Shown here in pieces: positions 42,397 through 51,004 of a stretch of 64,000 nt of DNA; positions within the stretch are counted from its first letter, which is position 1; each line of letters opens with the position of its first letter. The notes under the pieces were generated by a model. It was not told the DNA's origin. It did no database searches and saw nothing but the letters and a program-made list of their open reading frames with translations. Location of the stretch: assembly GCA_035702755.1 (NCBI GenBank), contig DASSZQ010000331.1:478-64477 (forward strand), in the 5' to 3' direction. This stretch comes from Solirubrobacteraceae bacterium. Its GTDB lineage: Bacteria; Actinomycetota; Thermoleophilia; Solirubrobacterales; Solirubrobacteraceae. The position numbers and the translations under genes are program-made.

Positions 42397-42537
42397 GGCC
42401 CGCCGCCGGCGCTCCGACCCCCCGTTCGCCCAAGGACCGCCGCCGGGGCCCGGCCCCTACGACGATCAGGCGATCGACGGCCTGGCGGCGCTTGAGGGCT
42501 ACACCACCCACGCGGCTCGGCGGAGACGTCCGGGCCG

Positions 42538-42939
42538 TCAGCCGGCCACCGAGGCCGAGCTGGCGAACAGCAGGATGATCCGCGCCGAGCGCGGGTTGCC
42601 CCGCACGGCGCTGAGCGTGAAGCGATACTCGGATCCGCCGAGCAAGAAGCGCGCCCGGCTGATGCTGAACGATCCGCGGGAGGCCCGTGGGATGACCCGG
42701 ATGCCGACCCGGGTGAAGTCGGTGTCGGTCAGCGCGATCGTGACCACGCGGTTGCTGGCGCCGCCGGCGATGCTGACCGTCGCCCCGCAGAAGTCGCCGT
42801 TGCCGATGCAGCGCACCGTCCGCGACCGGGCCGCTCCCGCCGCCAAGGCCGTGGCGGCCGCCGAGACCGTCAGCACCGAGCCGACCAGCACGGCGATGGC
42901 GATCACGGGCAGGTGCAGGCGACGGGCGGTGCAGGGCAT
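42538..42939 (-). CDS. Small secreted protein of unknown function
   Basis: ATG 42939 gives MPCTARRLHLPVIAIAVLVGSVLTVSAAATALAAGA (signal peptide), then a beta-rich domain of about 95 aa with a Cys pair (RCIGNGDFCG). It is the only credible part of the 623-aa ORF 42538..44409, whose remainder lies antisense to the permease gene. Confidence 0.55.
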   Translation of the reverse strand: MPCTARRLHLPVIAIAVLVGSVLTVSAAATALAAGAARSRTVRCIGNGDFCGATVSIAGGASNRVVTIALTDTDFTRVGIRVIPRASRGSFSISRARFLLGGSEYRFTLSAVRGNPRSARIILLFASSASVAG

Positions 42940-43179
42940 GGCCAGGACCTCAGCGGTTAATTGCACGCGGACGGCGGCTATCGTTGAACATCTGCCGGTC
43001 CCCGTCGTCATCCCAACCGGGTGACGCGCGGTTTTTCTCGCAACGTGCGGCCACTCCGCCGCGGGAGCGCGAGCACGGCCCCAGTTTGGCCCCGTGGACA
43101 TGGTCCTCCCGCCGGAGCGCCGCGTACATTGACGGTGCCGCTGGGGACCGGATGACCACGATCCATATGGAGGAATGCG

Positions 43180-44646
43180 TTGAGCGCAACGTTGGCGCCT
43201 GAGCCCGTGCTGGTCCCTGAGGGACCGGTCTCCGATGAACCCGCGTTCGAGCAGCGGGGGATCGACTACATCCCGCTGGCCGAGCGCCGCGGACGCCCCA
43301 GCGATCTCGGCTGGATGTGGGCCGGCGCCCTGTTCAACGTCGAGTACGTCGTCTACGGCGCGCTGCTCATCGTCGCCTTCGGCCTGCGCTTCTGGCAGGC
43401 CGCGCTCATCATCGTCGTCGGCAACCTCTCGTATCTGATCAACGGCCTCGGCTCGTTGCAGGGCCCCCGGGCGGGGACGGCCGCGTTCACCATCAACCGC
43501 GCGCCGTTCGGCCCCAAGGGAGCCAAGCTCATCGCCGTGTTCAACTGGATGACCCAGGTCGGCTATGAGGTGGTCGGACTGGCGCTCGTCGTCGCCGCCG
43601 GGCTGGCCCTGCTCGGCAAGGCCGGGGTGGGCACCTCCACCGGGCTGAAGGTGGCCCTCATCGTCGCCGCCGCTGGGATTCAGATGATCCTGCCGCTGTT
43701 CGGCCACCGGGCGATGCTGCGCGTGCTGCGGATGATGGTGCCCCCGTTCATCGTTCTGTTCGTGGTGCTGGCGATCCTCGCCCTGCCCAAGGCCAACCTC
43801 GGCGCCGGCCATAACGCCAGCCTGGCCGAGGTGCTCGCCGGCCTGGCCCTCGTCCTCTCGGCCGGCGGCTACGGCTGGCCGATGAACGCCAACGACTTCT
43901 CGCGGTACCTGGCCCCGGACACGAGCCGCCGCAGGATCGTCTTCTCGGTCGCGCTCGGCGGCTTCATCCCCACCACGCTCCTGCTGCTGCTCGGCGCGGC
44001 GGTGGCCACCGCCATCCCGGCGGCGTCGGATGCCATCAGCGGCCTGCCCCACGCGTTCGCCGGCTGGTTCGTCGTGCCGTACCTCATCTTCGTGATCGCC
44101 CAGCTGTTTGCCATCAACTCGATCGACCTGTACTCCTCCGGGCTGACGCTGCAGGCGATCATCCCCAGCATCAAGCGCTGGCAGTGCGTGCTCCTGGACA
44201 CGATCGTCGCCGGAGGGCTGACCGCGTTCACCGTCTTCTCCAGCGGCTTCAACACGTTCCTCACCGACTTCCTGCTGTTCATGCTGGTGTGGATCGCGCC
44301 GTGGGTGGCGATCTACATCACCGACTACTTCATGCGCCGCGGGCGCTATGACTCGCGCTCGCTGCTTGACACCGGCCCCGGGCTGTACTTCCGCAACGGC
44401 GGCGTGCACGTGGCCGGCATCGTCGCTCAGCTGGTGGGGATGGCCGCCGCCGCCTCATGGCTGGACGCCTACCCGGCCTGGACCTCGCCGCTGTCCAACG
44501 CCACCGGCGGCGCGGACCTCAGCGTGTTCATGGGGGCGCTGTTCGGCGCCGGCATCTACTGGCTCCTCGCCCGGCGCTCGGTTGCGCGGGAGGCCGAGGC
44601 GTCGCTGATGGAGCCGACGCTGGCGACGGCCCCGCCGGCGGGCTGA
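43180..44646 (+). CDS. Purine-cytosine permease (NCS1 family)
   Basis: The TTG start is preceded by GGAGGA. ERRGRPSDLGWMWAGALFNVEYVVYGALL and 12 predicted helices are typical of CodB-like NCS1 permeases. Confidence 0.85.
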   Translation: MSATLAPEPVLVPEGPVSDEPAFEQRGIDYIPLAERRGRPSDLGWMWAGALFNVEYVVYGALLIVAFGLRFWQAALIIVVGNLSYLINGLGSLQGPRAGTAAFTINRAPFGPKGAKLIAVFNWMTQVGYEVVGLALVVAAGLALLGKAGVGTSTGLKVALIVAAAGIQMILPLFGHRAMLRVLRMMVPPFIVLFVVLAILALPKANLGAGHNASLAEVLAGLALVLSAGGYGWPMNANDFSRYLAPDTSRRRIVFSVALGGFIPTTLLLLLGAAVATAIPAASDAISGLPHAFAGWFVVPYLIFVIAQLFAINSIDLYSSGLTLQAIIPSIKRWQCVLLDTIVAGGLTAFTVFSSGFNTFLTDFLLFMLVWIAPWVAIYITDYFMRRGRYDSRSLLDTGPGLYFRNGGVHVAGIVAQLVGMAAAASWLDAYPAWTSPLSNATGGADLSVFMGALFGAGIYWLLARRSVAREAEASLMEPTLATAPPAG

Positions 44647-44670
44647 GCGTCAGCGGGAGGGCGACGCAGG

Positions 44671-45057
44671 TCAGAAGCGACTGGCCAGCGCCCGGCGGCC
44701 GAGCAGGACCGGCGTCGCCACCCCGCCGATCACACAGATGACGACCAGCGGAATCCCGAGCGCCGGGGGCAGCGCCGGACCGGTGCAGTGCCCAACGGTC
44801 CGCTGCCCGGGCGCTCCGCCCACCGTGCAGGAGCTGGAGTCCACGAGCACGAGCTGGATGAGCACCCCGCTCAGACCCCCGGGCACCACCAGCGTGCCGA
44901 TCAGCTTCTCACCGATCGTCCACACCCGGGAGGACCACAGGAACGCGACGCCGACGAGCCAGCCGAACACCGGCAGCAACAGCCAGCCGAAGGGCAGCAG
45001 GAACAGCGCAGCCCATTCCCGCAGACCGGCGGCTCGGTGGGGGCTGGATGCGCTCAC
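44671..45057 (-). CDS. Small integral membrane protein
   Basis: 128 aa with 3-4 hydrophobic helices. GC3-rich. Confidence 0.5.
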   Translation of the reverse strand: MSASSPHRAAGLREWAALFLLPFGWLLLPVFGWLVGVAFLWSSRVWTIGEKLIGTLVVPGGLSGVLIQLVLVDSSSCTVGGAPGQRTVGHCTGPALPPALGIPLVVICVIGGVATPVLLGRRALASRF

Positions 45058-45122
45058 GTTGATCCCGGGCGTCGTCCGCTCGGCTCACGGCCCCGGCGGG
45101 CGGTGCTCCGCCGGCGCCGCGG

Positions 45123-46079
45123 TCACCGGGAGCGCTCGGCGCTGAGGGGGGACATGACGGCGCTGTCGGCCAGCTCCCGCGCTCGTTGGGGATCAAAGCG
45201 GGCGGCGCCGGGGGTCTCGGCGTTGGCCGCCGCCGCCCCCAGGCCCAGGGCCGCGGCCGCCGGCCACGGCTCGCCGGCGGTCAGCGCCGTGAGCAGCCCG
45301 CCCAGGAACGCGTCGCCGCTGCCGACCGGGTAGCTGCCGCGGGCCTCGGAGGCGCCGTGCCACGCCTCCCCGCCCGGGTCGACAAGCACCATGCCCTCCT
45401 CCCCCAGGGTCACGACCGCGGCATGGCCGTCGCCGCCGGCCCGGCCCCGGATCTCGGCCGCCGCGTCACACGCCTCACCGACGCCCGCGATCTCGCGGCC
45501 GAGGAGCTCACACGCCTCGTGGATGTTGATCTTGACCAGCTCTGGCCCGGCCGCGAGAGCGCGGGCCAGCGCCTCCCCGCGCGAGTCGACCGCCGCCGGC
45601 ACCCCCGCCTTGCGGGCGGCGGCCATCAGCCGTGGGTAGCCCTCGGTGTCGGCCTCCGCCGGCAGCGATCCGGCCAGCGCCAGCCAGGTCGCGTCCCCCA
45701 CCAGCCCCTCCACAACCTCCACCAGCGTCGACCAGTCCTCGCTGCGCAGCGGGACCCCGTCCTCGTAGAACTCGGTGAGGCGGCCGGTGGCACGGTCGGC
45801 CACCGACAGGCTGGAGCGCGTCTCCCCCGGCCCCCAGGCAAAGGCGGTGGTCACGCCCTCGGCGGCGAGCGTCTCGGCCACCCACTGGCCGGTGTGGCCG
45901 GCGAGGATCCCGGTGACGACCGCCCGGCCGCCGAGCGCCGTCGCCACCTGGGCGACGTGGATGCCCTTGCCGCCGGGCAGCGCCATGAACGAGCACGGAC
46001 GATGGATCTCGCCCAAAAGCAGCTGTTCGACCTCAAACAGCTTGTCGACGGAGGGATTGCCGGAGACGCAGACGATCAT
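45123..46079 (-). CDS. PfkB-family sugar(-phosphate) kinase (1-phosphofructokinase / tagatose-6-P kinase type)
   Basis: From ATG 46079 it reads MIVCVSGNPSVDKLFEV...LPGGKGIHVAQV...; the C-terminal motif is GSGDAFLGGLL. ATG 46100 is an alternative start. Confidence 0.8.
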   Translation of the reverse strand: MIVCVSGNPSVDKLFEVEQLLLGEIHRPCSFMALPGGKGIHVAQVATALGGRAVVTGILAGHTGQWVAETLAAEGVTTAFAWGPGETRSSLSVADRATGRLTEFYEDGVPLRSEDWSTLVEVVEGLVGDATWLALAGSLPAEADTEGYPRLMAAARKAGVPAAVDSRGEALARALAAGPELVKINIHEACELLGREIAGVGEACDAAAEIRGRAGGDGHAAVVTLGEEGMVLVDPGGEAWHGASEARGSYPVGSGDAFLGGLLTALTAGEPWPAAAALGLGAAAANAETPGAARFDPQRARELADSAVMSPLSAERSR

Positions 46080-46114
46080 GGCGGTGGTGGTGGGCTGCAT
46101 GATCGCCCACGCCC

Positions 46115-46330
46115 GTGTCAGAGCGGGGTTTGAGGGTAGAACACGAGCGCTCGTTTCACTTCCGGGGCGGGCGCTACCGCGGCCGGCCGGTGCAAATCGA
46201 GGTGCCAAAGGACGACCACTGGTTCGCCGTGCTGGAGCTCGGCACCTACAACGGCCGGGCCCGGGCCACCGTGGAGGTGATCGCCGCCAGCGGGGACGCT
46301 GAGCGGGAGCTCGTCGGAACCGTCGGCTAG
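46115..46330 (+). CDS. Small hypothetical protein
   Basis: 71-aa ORF with strongly GC3-biased codons from about 46160 onward (FRGGRYRGRPVQIEVPKDDHWFAVLELGTYNGRARATVEVIAASGD). It has no recognisable motif and the start is uncertain. Confidence 0.4.
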   Translation: MSERGLRVEHERSFHFRGGRYRGRPVQIEVPKDDHWFAVLELGTYNGRARATVEVIAASGDAERELVGTVG

Positions 46331-47220
46331 GCGCCGACGACCGGCCCCAGAGACTGCGCGCCGGCGACGCGCTCCAGCTCGGCGCGCAGCTCTGTGGCGC
46401 GCTCGGCCGCCAGGGGGCGCAGCGGCGCGCGGACATCGCCGCGCACGGGGAGGCCGCGGGCACCGAGCGCCGCCTTCACCGACGCCTGGAAGCGGTCGGC
46501 CGACAGGATCCGGCGCAGCGCCTCGACGACCGCGGCACCGGCGTCGGTCGGCTCGCGCACCAGCGCCGCCACCGCCTCGGGAAAGGCGGCCGCGACACCG
46601 GATACGGCGCCGACGGCGCCGTGCTCCATCCCGCGCGGGATGAGCGGCTCCATGCCGATGAACACGTCGAGGCCGAGCTTCAGGTACGGGGCCACGCGCT
46701 CAAACGGGGCGTCGGAGACCTTCATCCCGGCGAGGTTGCCGGCCCGCTCGCGCAGCCGCTCGATGACAGCGATGGGAATGGCATAGCCGCTGCGGTCGGC
46801 GTACTCGTAGACGTAGAAGGGCAGCGGGGCACACGCCGCGGCCGCCCCCGCCAGATGCTCCAGCAGCTCCTCAGCGTCAAAGCCAAAGTACGGCGGGGCG
46901 ATGACGGCCACGCCGTCGGCTCCCGCCTCCGCGGCATGGGCCGACAGCGCGGTGGTCTGCGCCGTGGTCTGCGCGCCACAGTGCACGACGATGCGCAGCC
47001 CGCCGGCGCCGGCCACCGCCAGCTCGGCCACCCGCCGCCGCTCGTCGTCGCGCAGCAGGACACCCTCGCCGGTCGTCCCCAGCACGAGCGCCCCGTTCAG
47101 GCCGGCGGCGCCGTAGAAGTCCAGCAGCGGGTGCAGCGCGTCCTCGTCCAGGCGCGTGCCGTCGTCGCGCAGCGGCGTCACCGCCGCCGCCAGGGTCCCG
47201 GTGATGCGTTCGCTCGTCAT
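46327..47220 (-). CDS. Dihydrodipicolinate synthase family (class I aldolase) protein
   Basis: From ATG 47220 it reads ITGTLAAAVTPLRDDGTRLDEDALHPLLDFYGAAGLNGALVLGTTGEGVLL..., with the Schiff-base lysine context GMKVSD. This is typical of the DapA/KDG-aldolase family. Confidence 0.8.
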   Translation of the reverse strand: MTSERITGTLAAAVTPLRDDGTRLDEDALHPLLDFYGAAGLNGALVLGTTGEGVLLRDDERRRVAELAVAGAGGLRIVVHCGAQTTAQTTALSAHAAEAGADGVAVIAPPYFGFDAEELLEHLAGAAAACAPLPFYVYEYADRSGYAIPIAVIERLRERAGNLAGMKVSDAPFERVAPYLKLGLDVFIGMEPLIPRGMEHGAVGAVSGVAAAFPEAVAALVREPTDAGAAVVEALRRILSADRFQASVKAALGARGLPVRGDVRAPLRPLAAERATELRAELERVAGAQSLGPVVGA

Positions 47221-47386
47221 CTGTCTGATGATCGCATCCCCACCGCTGGGGATGGAAACGGCGCACGGCAGCGGGCGGACGCCGGAGCGGTTGTGCGCGG
47301 TCTTACGGATGGCCGCGCTGTCGCGCCGGCCGGATGATGGCTGCGAGGGCGCCGCCGGTGCGGACGACCCGCGACTGCAGACCACC

Positions 47387-48124
47387 ATGAGCTCTGGCTT
47401 GGAATCGAACCCCCGCCGGGATGCGCCCACGGTGCAGCGGGCGTCAACGCTCGACCCGGTGGCGGCGGAGCCCGGCGCCACCGTTGAGGTGACCGGCGTG
47501 GTCAGATCGTTTGGCCCGGTCCGGGCCCTGCGCGGCGTGTCCCTGACGGTCGCCGCCTCGGAGTTCGTCACGATCACCGGCCCGTCCGGATCGGGCAAGA
47601 GCACGCTGCTCAACCTCATCGGCACCCTTGATCGCCCGGATGCCGGGAGGATCCTCGTCGACGGGAGAGCCGTGCCTGATCCCCGCCATGCCGAGGTCTT
47701 CCGCCGCCGCATGGTCGGATTCGTCTTCCAGGACAACCTGCTGCTCCCGTACCTGTCGGCGCGGGGCAACATCGAGGCGGCATTGCTCGGCGCGGGCGTC
47801 GGCCGGCGCGAGCGGCGGAGTCGTGGCCTTCAGCTGCTCGGCGAGGTGGGACTCGCTCAGCGCGCCCACCACCTCCCCTCCGAGCTGTCCGGCGGCCAGC
47901 GCCAGGCCGTGGCGCTGGCGCGCGCCCTGGCCAACGACCCCCGCCTCCTCCTGGCTGACGAGCCGACGGGTGCGCTCGATTCGGAGAGCGCTGCGCACGC
48001 GCTTGACCTGCTCGCCTCACTGCGCGAGCGCCGCGGCATGACCGTGCTGATCGTCAGCCATGACCCCGCGGTCGCCGCCCGCGCCGACCGGGTCGTGCAC
48101 CTCGTTGATGGACGTGTCATCTGA
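47387..48124 (+). CDS. ABC transporter ATP-binding protein (MacB/LolD/FtsE type)
   Basis: Walker A is GPSGSGKSTLLN, the signature is LSGGQRQAVALARAL and Walker B is LLLADEPTGALD. The start is approximate. Confidence 0.85.
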   Translation: MSSGLESNPRRDAPTVQRASTLDPVAAEPGATVEVTGVVRSFGPVRALRGVSLTVAASEFVTITGPSGSGKSTLLNLIGTLDRPDAGRILVDGRAVPDPRHAEVFRRRMVGFVFQDNLLLPYLSARGNIEAALLGAGVGRRERRSRGLQLLGEVGLAQRAHHLPSELSGGQRQAVALARALANDPRLLLADEPTGALDSESAAHALDLLASLRERRGMTVLIVSHDPAVAARADRVVHLVDGRVI

Positions 48125-48145
48125 ACGTCGCGGAGGAGGCCGCCA

Positions 48146-48658
48146 ATGTCCATCGCCACACGCATGATCACGATGTCAGTCGCCGGGGCGATCGCCCTGG
48201 CGCCGGCCGGGTGCGGGGCCGCCGCCAATCCCGGGCCCACCCGGGCGCAGTACGTCACGAAGGCCAACGCAATCTGCGCCGCGGCGGCGACGCAGATCGT
48301 CCCCCTCGTCAAGCGGATCAAGACTGAGGGGGCGACGCTCGTCGCCGGCGGCGCGGCCACCCCGCAGCGCCTGGCCGGTGACCTCAGGCAGCTGCACACC
48401 GCGGCCGCGGGCGACCTCGCCCAATTGCGCGGGCTCAAGCAGCCGAAGGCGGACCACGCCGCGATCGGCCGATTCCTCACGCCGCTGTCGAGCTTCGTCG
48501 ACGCGATTGACAAGGCCGCCGGACTTGTCGCCTCCGGAGACCTGCCGCAGGCGCTCGCGCTCCTGGGGCAGACCGCGACCGTCGAGCAGCAGGCGGCCCA
48601 GAATGCGCACGCCTACGGGCTGCTCCGGTGCGAGGCGCTCTTGCCGTCACTGACCTGA
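48146..48658 (+). CDS. Lipoprotein of unknown function
   Basis: Lipobox IALAPAGCGAAANPG. 170 aa and helical/Ala-rich. It lies 21 nt after the ABC ATPase gene. Confidence 0.6.
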   Translation: MSIATRMITMSVAGAIALAPAGCGAAANPGPTRAQYVTKANAICAAAATQIVPLVKRIKTEGATLVAGGAATPQRLAGDLRQLHTAAAGDLAQLRGLKQPKADHAAIGRFLTPLSSFVDAIDKAAGLVASGDLPQALALLGQTATVEQQAAQNAHAYGLLRCEALLPSLT

Positions 48659-48669
48659 CGGCGCGCCGC

Positions 48670-49770
48670 TCAGGCGCGGTTGATGGCGGCGAGCAGCGGG
48701 AGGCGCATCACCTGCCACACACAGAACAGCGTGCCGGCGACACCGAGGGCAAGGCCGACGAGCAGCCCTCGGCCGAGCACCCACGGGCTGACGACGGGTG
48801 AAACGAACGGCCCCGCCCCCAGCGCCCGCACCACGAGGTCGCTGGCGAGCGCGCCAAGGCCGAGTCCGGCCGCCGCACCGGCGAGGCTGATGGCCAGCAT
48901 CTCGCCGAGGATGAGCCCGCCGATCCGCCGGCGACTCCAGCCGATCGCGGTCAGCACACCGAACTCCCGCCGGCGCTCGATGACCGCCATCGCCATCGTG
49001 TTGATGACGACGACGGCGCCGAGGAGCAGCGCGAGGATGGTGATGATGGTGCCCGCCTTGGTGATGATCCGGCTGTTGGTGTCCACCCGGGCCACCTCGC
49101 TGGGGTCGGACAGCGCCAGCGTCCCCGGGACCGCGTGCTCAATCTCGGCCTCGACCTGCCGGTTGCCGTAGCCGGGCGCGACCGACACAGCGACCATGCT
49201 CAGCTCGCCCGGCTTGCCGGAGAGCTGCTGGGTGATCGCCAGTGGCAGCACGACGCCCGCATCCTCCAGGGAGATGCCGGAGCGGTAGATACCCGCCACC
49301 TCCAGGGCGCGGCCGCTGACGACGAGCCGGTCGCCGGGGCGGAGATGCAGGCGCTGGGCGGCCCCCACGCCGGCGAACAGCTGCGCGCCGCGCGGGGCGG
49401 TGCCGGAGACGAGCACGAGGCGCCGCGTGAGAAAGCTCGGCGTCCCGGCGCCGAACAGGAGGACCGAGGGATCGGCCGGGATCGCCCGGGCCACGATCTG
49501 AATCGGCGCGACCGCCGCCACCCCGGGCTGGGACTCGATCCGCGACAGCGCCGACTCCGGGAGCGAGGAGGCGGTCAGATCGGCCAGCCCGGACTGAAAG
49601 ACGCCGAAATCGGCCTGGCCCAGGCGGGCGAGATCGCCGGCGCTGCGCGCCAGCCCGGTTGTGACCGCCAGCAGTGCCACCACCGTGGTGACGCCGACCG
49701 CGACGCCGACCGCGGTGAGCCCGGTCCGGCCCGCGCGGCGCCGGAGGTTGGAGCGGATCATCTCCAGCAT
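48670..49770 (-). CDS. ABC transporter permease, FtsX/MacB-like
   Basis: From ATG 49770 it reads MLEMIRSNLRRRAGRTGLTAVGVAVGVTTVVALLAV, then an extracytoplasmic domain of about 200 aa, then three C-terminal helices with the FtsX pattern (EFGVLTAIGWSRRRI). Confidence 0.8.
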   Translation of the reverse strand: MLEMIRSNLRRRAGRTGLTAVGVAVGVTTVVALLAVTTGLARSAGDLARLGQADFGVFQSGLADLTASSLPESALSRIESQPGVAAVAPIQIVARAIPADPSVLLFGAGTPSFLTRRLVLVSGTAPRGAQLFAGVGAAQRLHLRPGDRLVVSGRALEVAGIYRSGISLEDAGVVLPLAITQQLSGKPGELSMVAVSVAPGYGNRQVEAEIEHAVPGTLALSDPSEVARVDTNSRIITKAGTIITILALLLGAVVVINTMAMAVIERRREFGVLTAIGWSRRRIGGLILGEMLAISLAGAAAGLGLGALASDLVVRALGAGPFVSPVVSPWVLGRGLLVGLALGVAGTLFCVWQVMRLPLLAAINRA

Positions 49771-49975
49771 GGCCCGGCGCCACGAGAGCTCCGACAGCGG
49801 CTTGTCATGACGGGACACTACGGCGCCCGGCCCGGACCTCCCTCTGGGCATTGATGCCGACCCGCTGCGGATAAGTACCCCCGCCCGGGCACGACGTTCT
49901 TCATCCGACCGGCGCCGATTAGGCGACGTGACGCCGGGTACGCCGGTAGGGAACCCAACTGGAGGGAGAACTCCC

Positions 49976-50281
49976 ATGCTCGCGCTCACCCCAGATGCAA
50001 CGCAGATGATTGAGCAGATCCTTGAGCGGTCCGACATCCCCGATGGAGCCGGGATCCGGATCGCGACCACGGAAACGTCGAGCGACGGCAACTCCGCCGG
50101 CGCCGCCACGCATCTCGAGATGTTCATCGCGCCGGAGCCGGAGGTGGCCGACCAGGTCATCGAGAACGCGGGCGCCCGCGTGTTCGTCGACGATCGGCTC
50201 GCCGACCTCCTCGACGACAAGCAGCTCGATGCGGCGGTCGACGGCGAGCAGGTGCAGTTCCGCCTCGACGATCAGGCCTGA
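49976..50281 (+). CDS. HesB/IscA-like protein lacking all cysteines
   Basis: ATG 49976 is preceded by GGAGGGAG. LTPDATQMIEQIL...GAGIRIA...DQVIENAGARVFVD has the IscA/HesB fold pattern, but the 101-aa product contains no Cys. Confidence 0.6.
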   Translation: MLALTPDATQMIEQILERSDIPDGAGIRIATTETSSDGNSAGAATHLEMFIAPEPEVADQVIENAGARVFVDDRLADLLDDKQLDAAVDGEQVQFRLDDQA

Positions 50282-50300
50282 GCGCCCCCCGGCGCCGGCC

Positions 50301-50331
50301 CCGGCGCGCCGGTCGTGAGACGGCGCGCCGG
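50301..50331. terminator. Bidirectional GC-rich hairpin between convergent genes
   Basis: CCGGCGCGCCG-GTCGTGAGA-CGGCGCGCCGG forms a perfect 11-bp stem. It lies between the stops at 50281 (+) and 50342 (-). No clear U-tract follows. Confidence 0.55.
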
Positions 50332-50341
50332 TAGCGCCTGC

Positions 50342-50884
50342 CTACCCGCCGAGCGCCGTGCGGGAGGCACCGGTCCCGTCGACGCCGGTGCGCGCCCAGT
50401 GATCGAGCACCATCAGCGTCTTGGTGCCCACGACCAGTTCCGAGCGGCGCAGCGCGTTGACGACGTCCTTGAGGTGGGCGACGCTCTCCAGGCGGATGCG
50501 CACGAGCGCGTCCGGATCCCCGGCGATCGTGAACACCTCGCACACCTCAGGCACGCGGGCGACGGCCGAGGTGATCTGCTCCAGCCCGGCGTTGCCGGAC
50601 ATTCGGATCTCGACGAAGGCGTCAACTGACGGCCCCAGCTTGGCCTGGTTGAGCACCACTGTGTAGCCGGCGATGACGCCGAGCTGCTCCAGCCGGTCGA
50701 TCCGCCGCTTGACCGGCGCCGGCGACAGGTTGACCAGGCCGGCGATGTCGGAGATCGTGCGGCGCGCGTCCTGGCGCAGCAGCTCGATGATCTGCAGGTC
50801 GGTGTCGTCAAGCGTCGGCGGGGCGGTCACGCGGTGCGACTGTACGAGCTCGTGCGGCATCGCGCAACAAAGGACATCCGTCAC
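50342..50884 (-). CDS. Lrp/AsnC-family transcriptional regulator
   Basis: LDDTDLQIIELLRQDARRTISDIAGLVNLSPAPVKRRIDRLEQLGVIAGYTVVLN (HTH) is followed by a RAM/ACT-like effector domain. The start is 50884 or 50860. Confidence 0.85.
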   Translation of the reverse strand: MTDVLCCAMPHELVQSHRVTAPPTLDDTDLQIIELLRQDARRTISDIAGLVNLSPAPVKRRIDRLEQLGVIAGYTVVLNQAKLGPSVDAFVEIRMSGNAGLEQITSAVARVPEVCEVFTIAGDPDALVRIRLESVAHLKDVVNALRRSELVVGTKTLMVLDHWARTGVDGTGASRTALGG

Positions 50885-51004
50885 CGGGTACGAACAGACG
50901 AAATCAAGCGTCCGGGTCTCAAATCCTGCGCATTAGTTGCGCAATGGCTCCGGGACGGCTTTCCTTCACCGGGTCAGCGTCCGTTCACACGGGAGGAACG
51001 AGGC

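Noticed and set aside
42940-44409. Upstream 490 codons of the 623-aa ORF 42538..44409 (minus strand)
   Set aside because: It lies antisense to a well-supported NCS1 permease gene and its composition is Arg/Gly/Asp/His-rich low complexity, typical of GC-driven shadow ORFs. Only the last 133 codons, which carry a signal peptide, look real.
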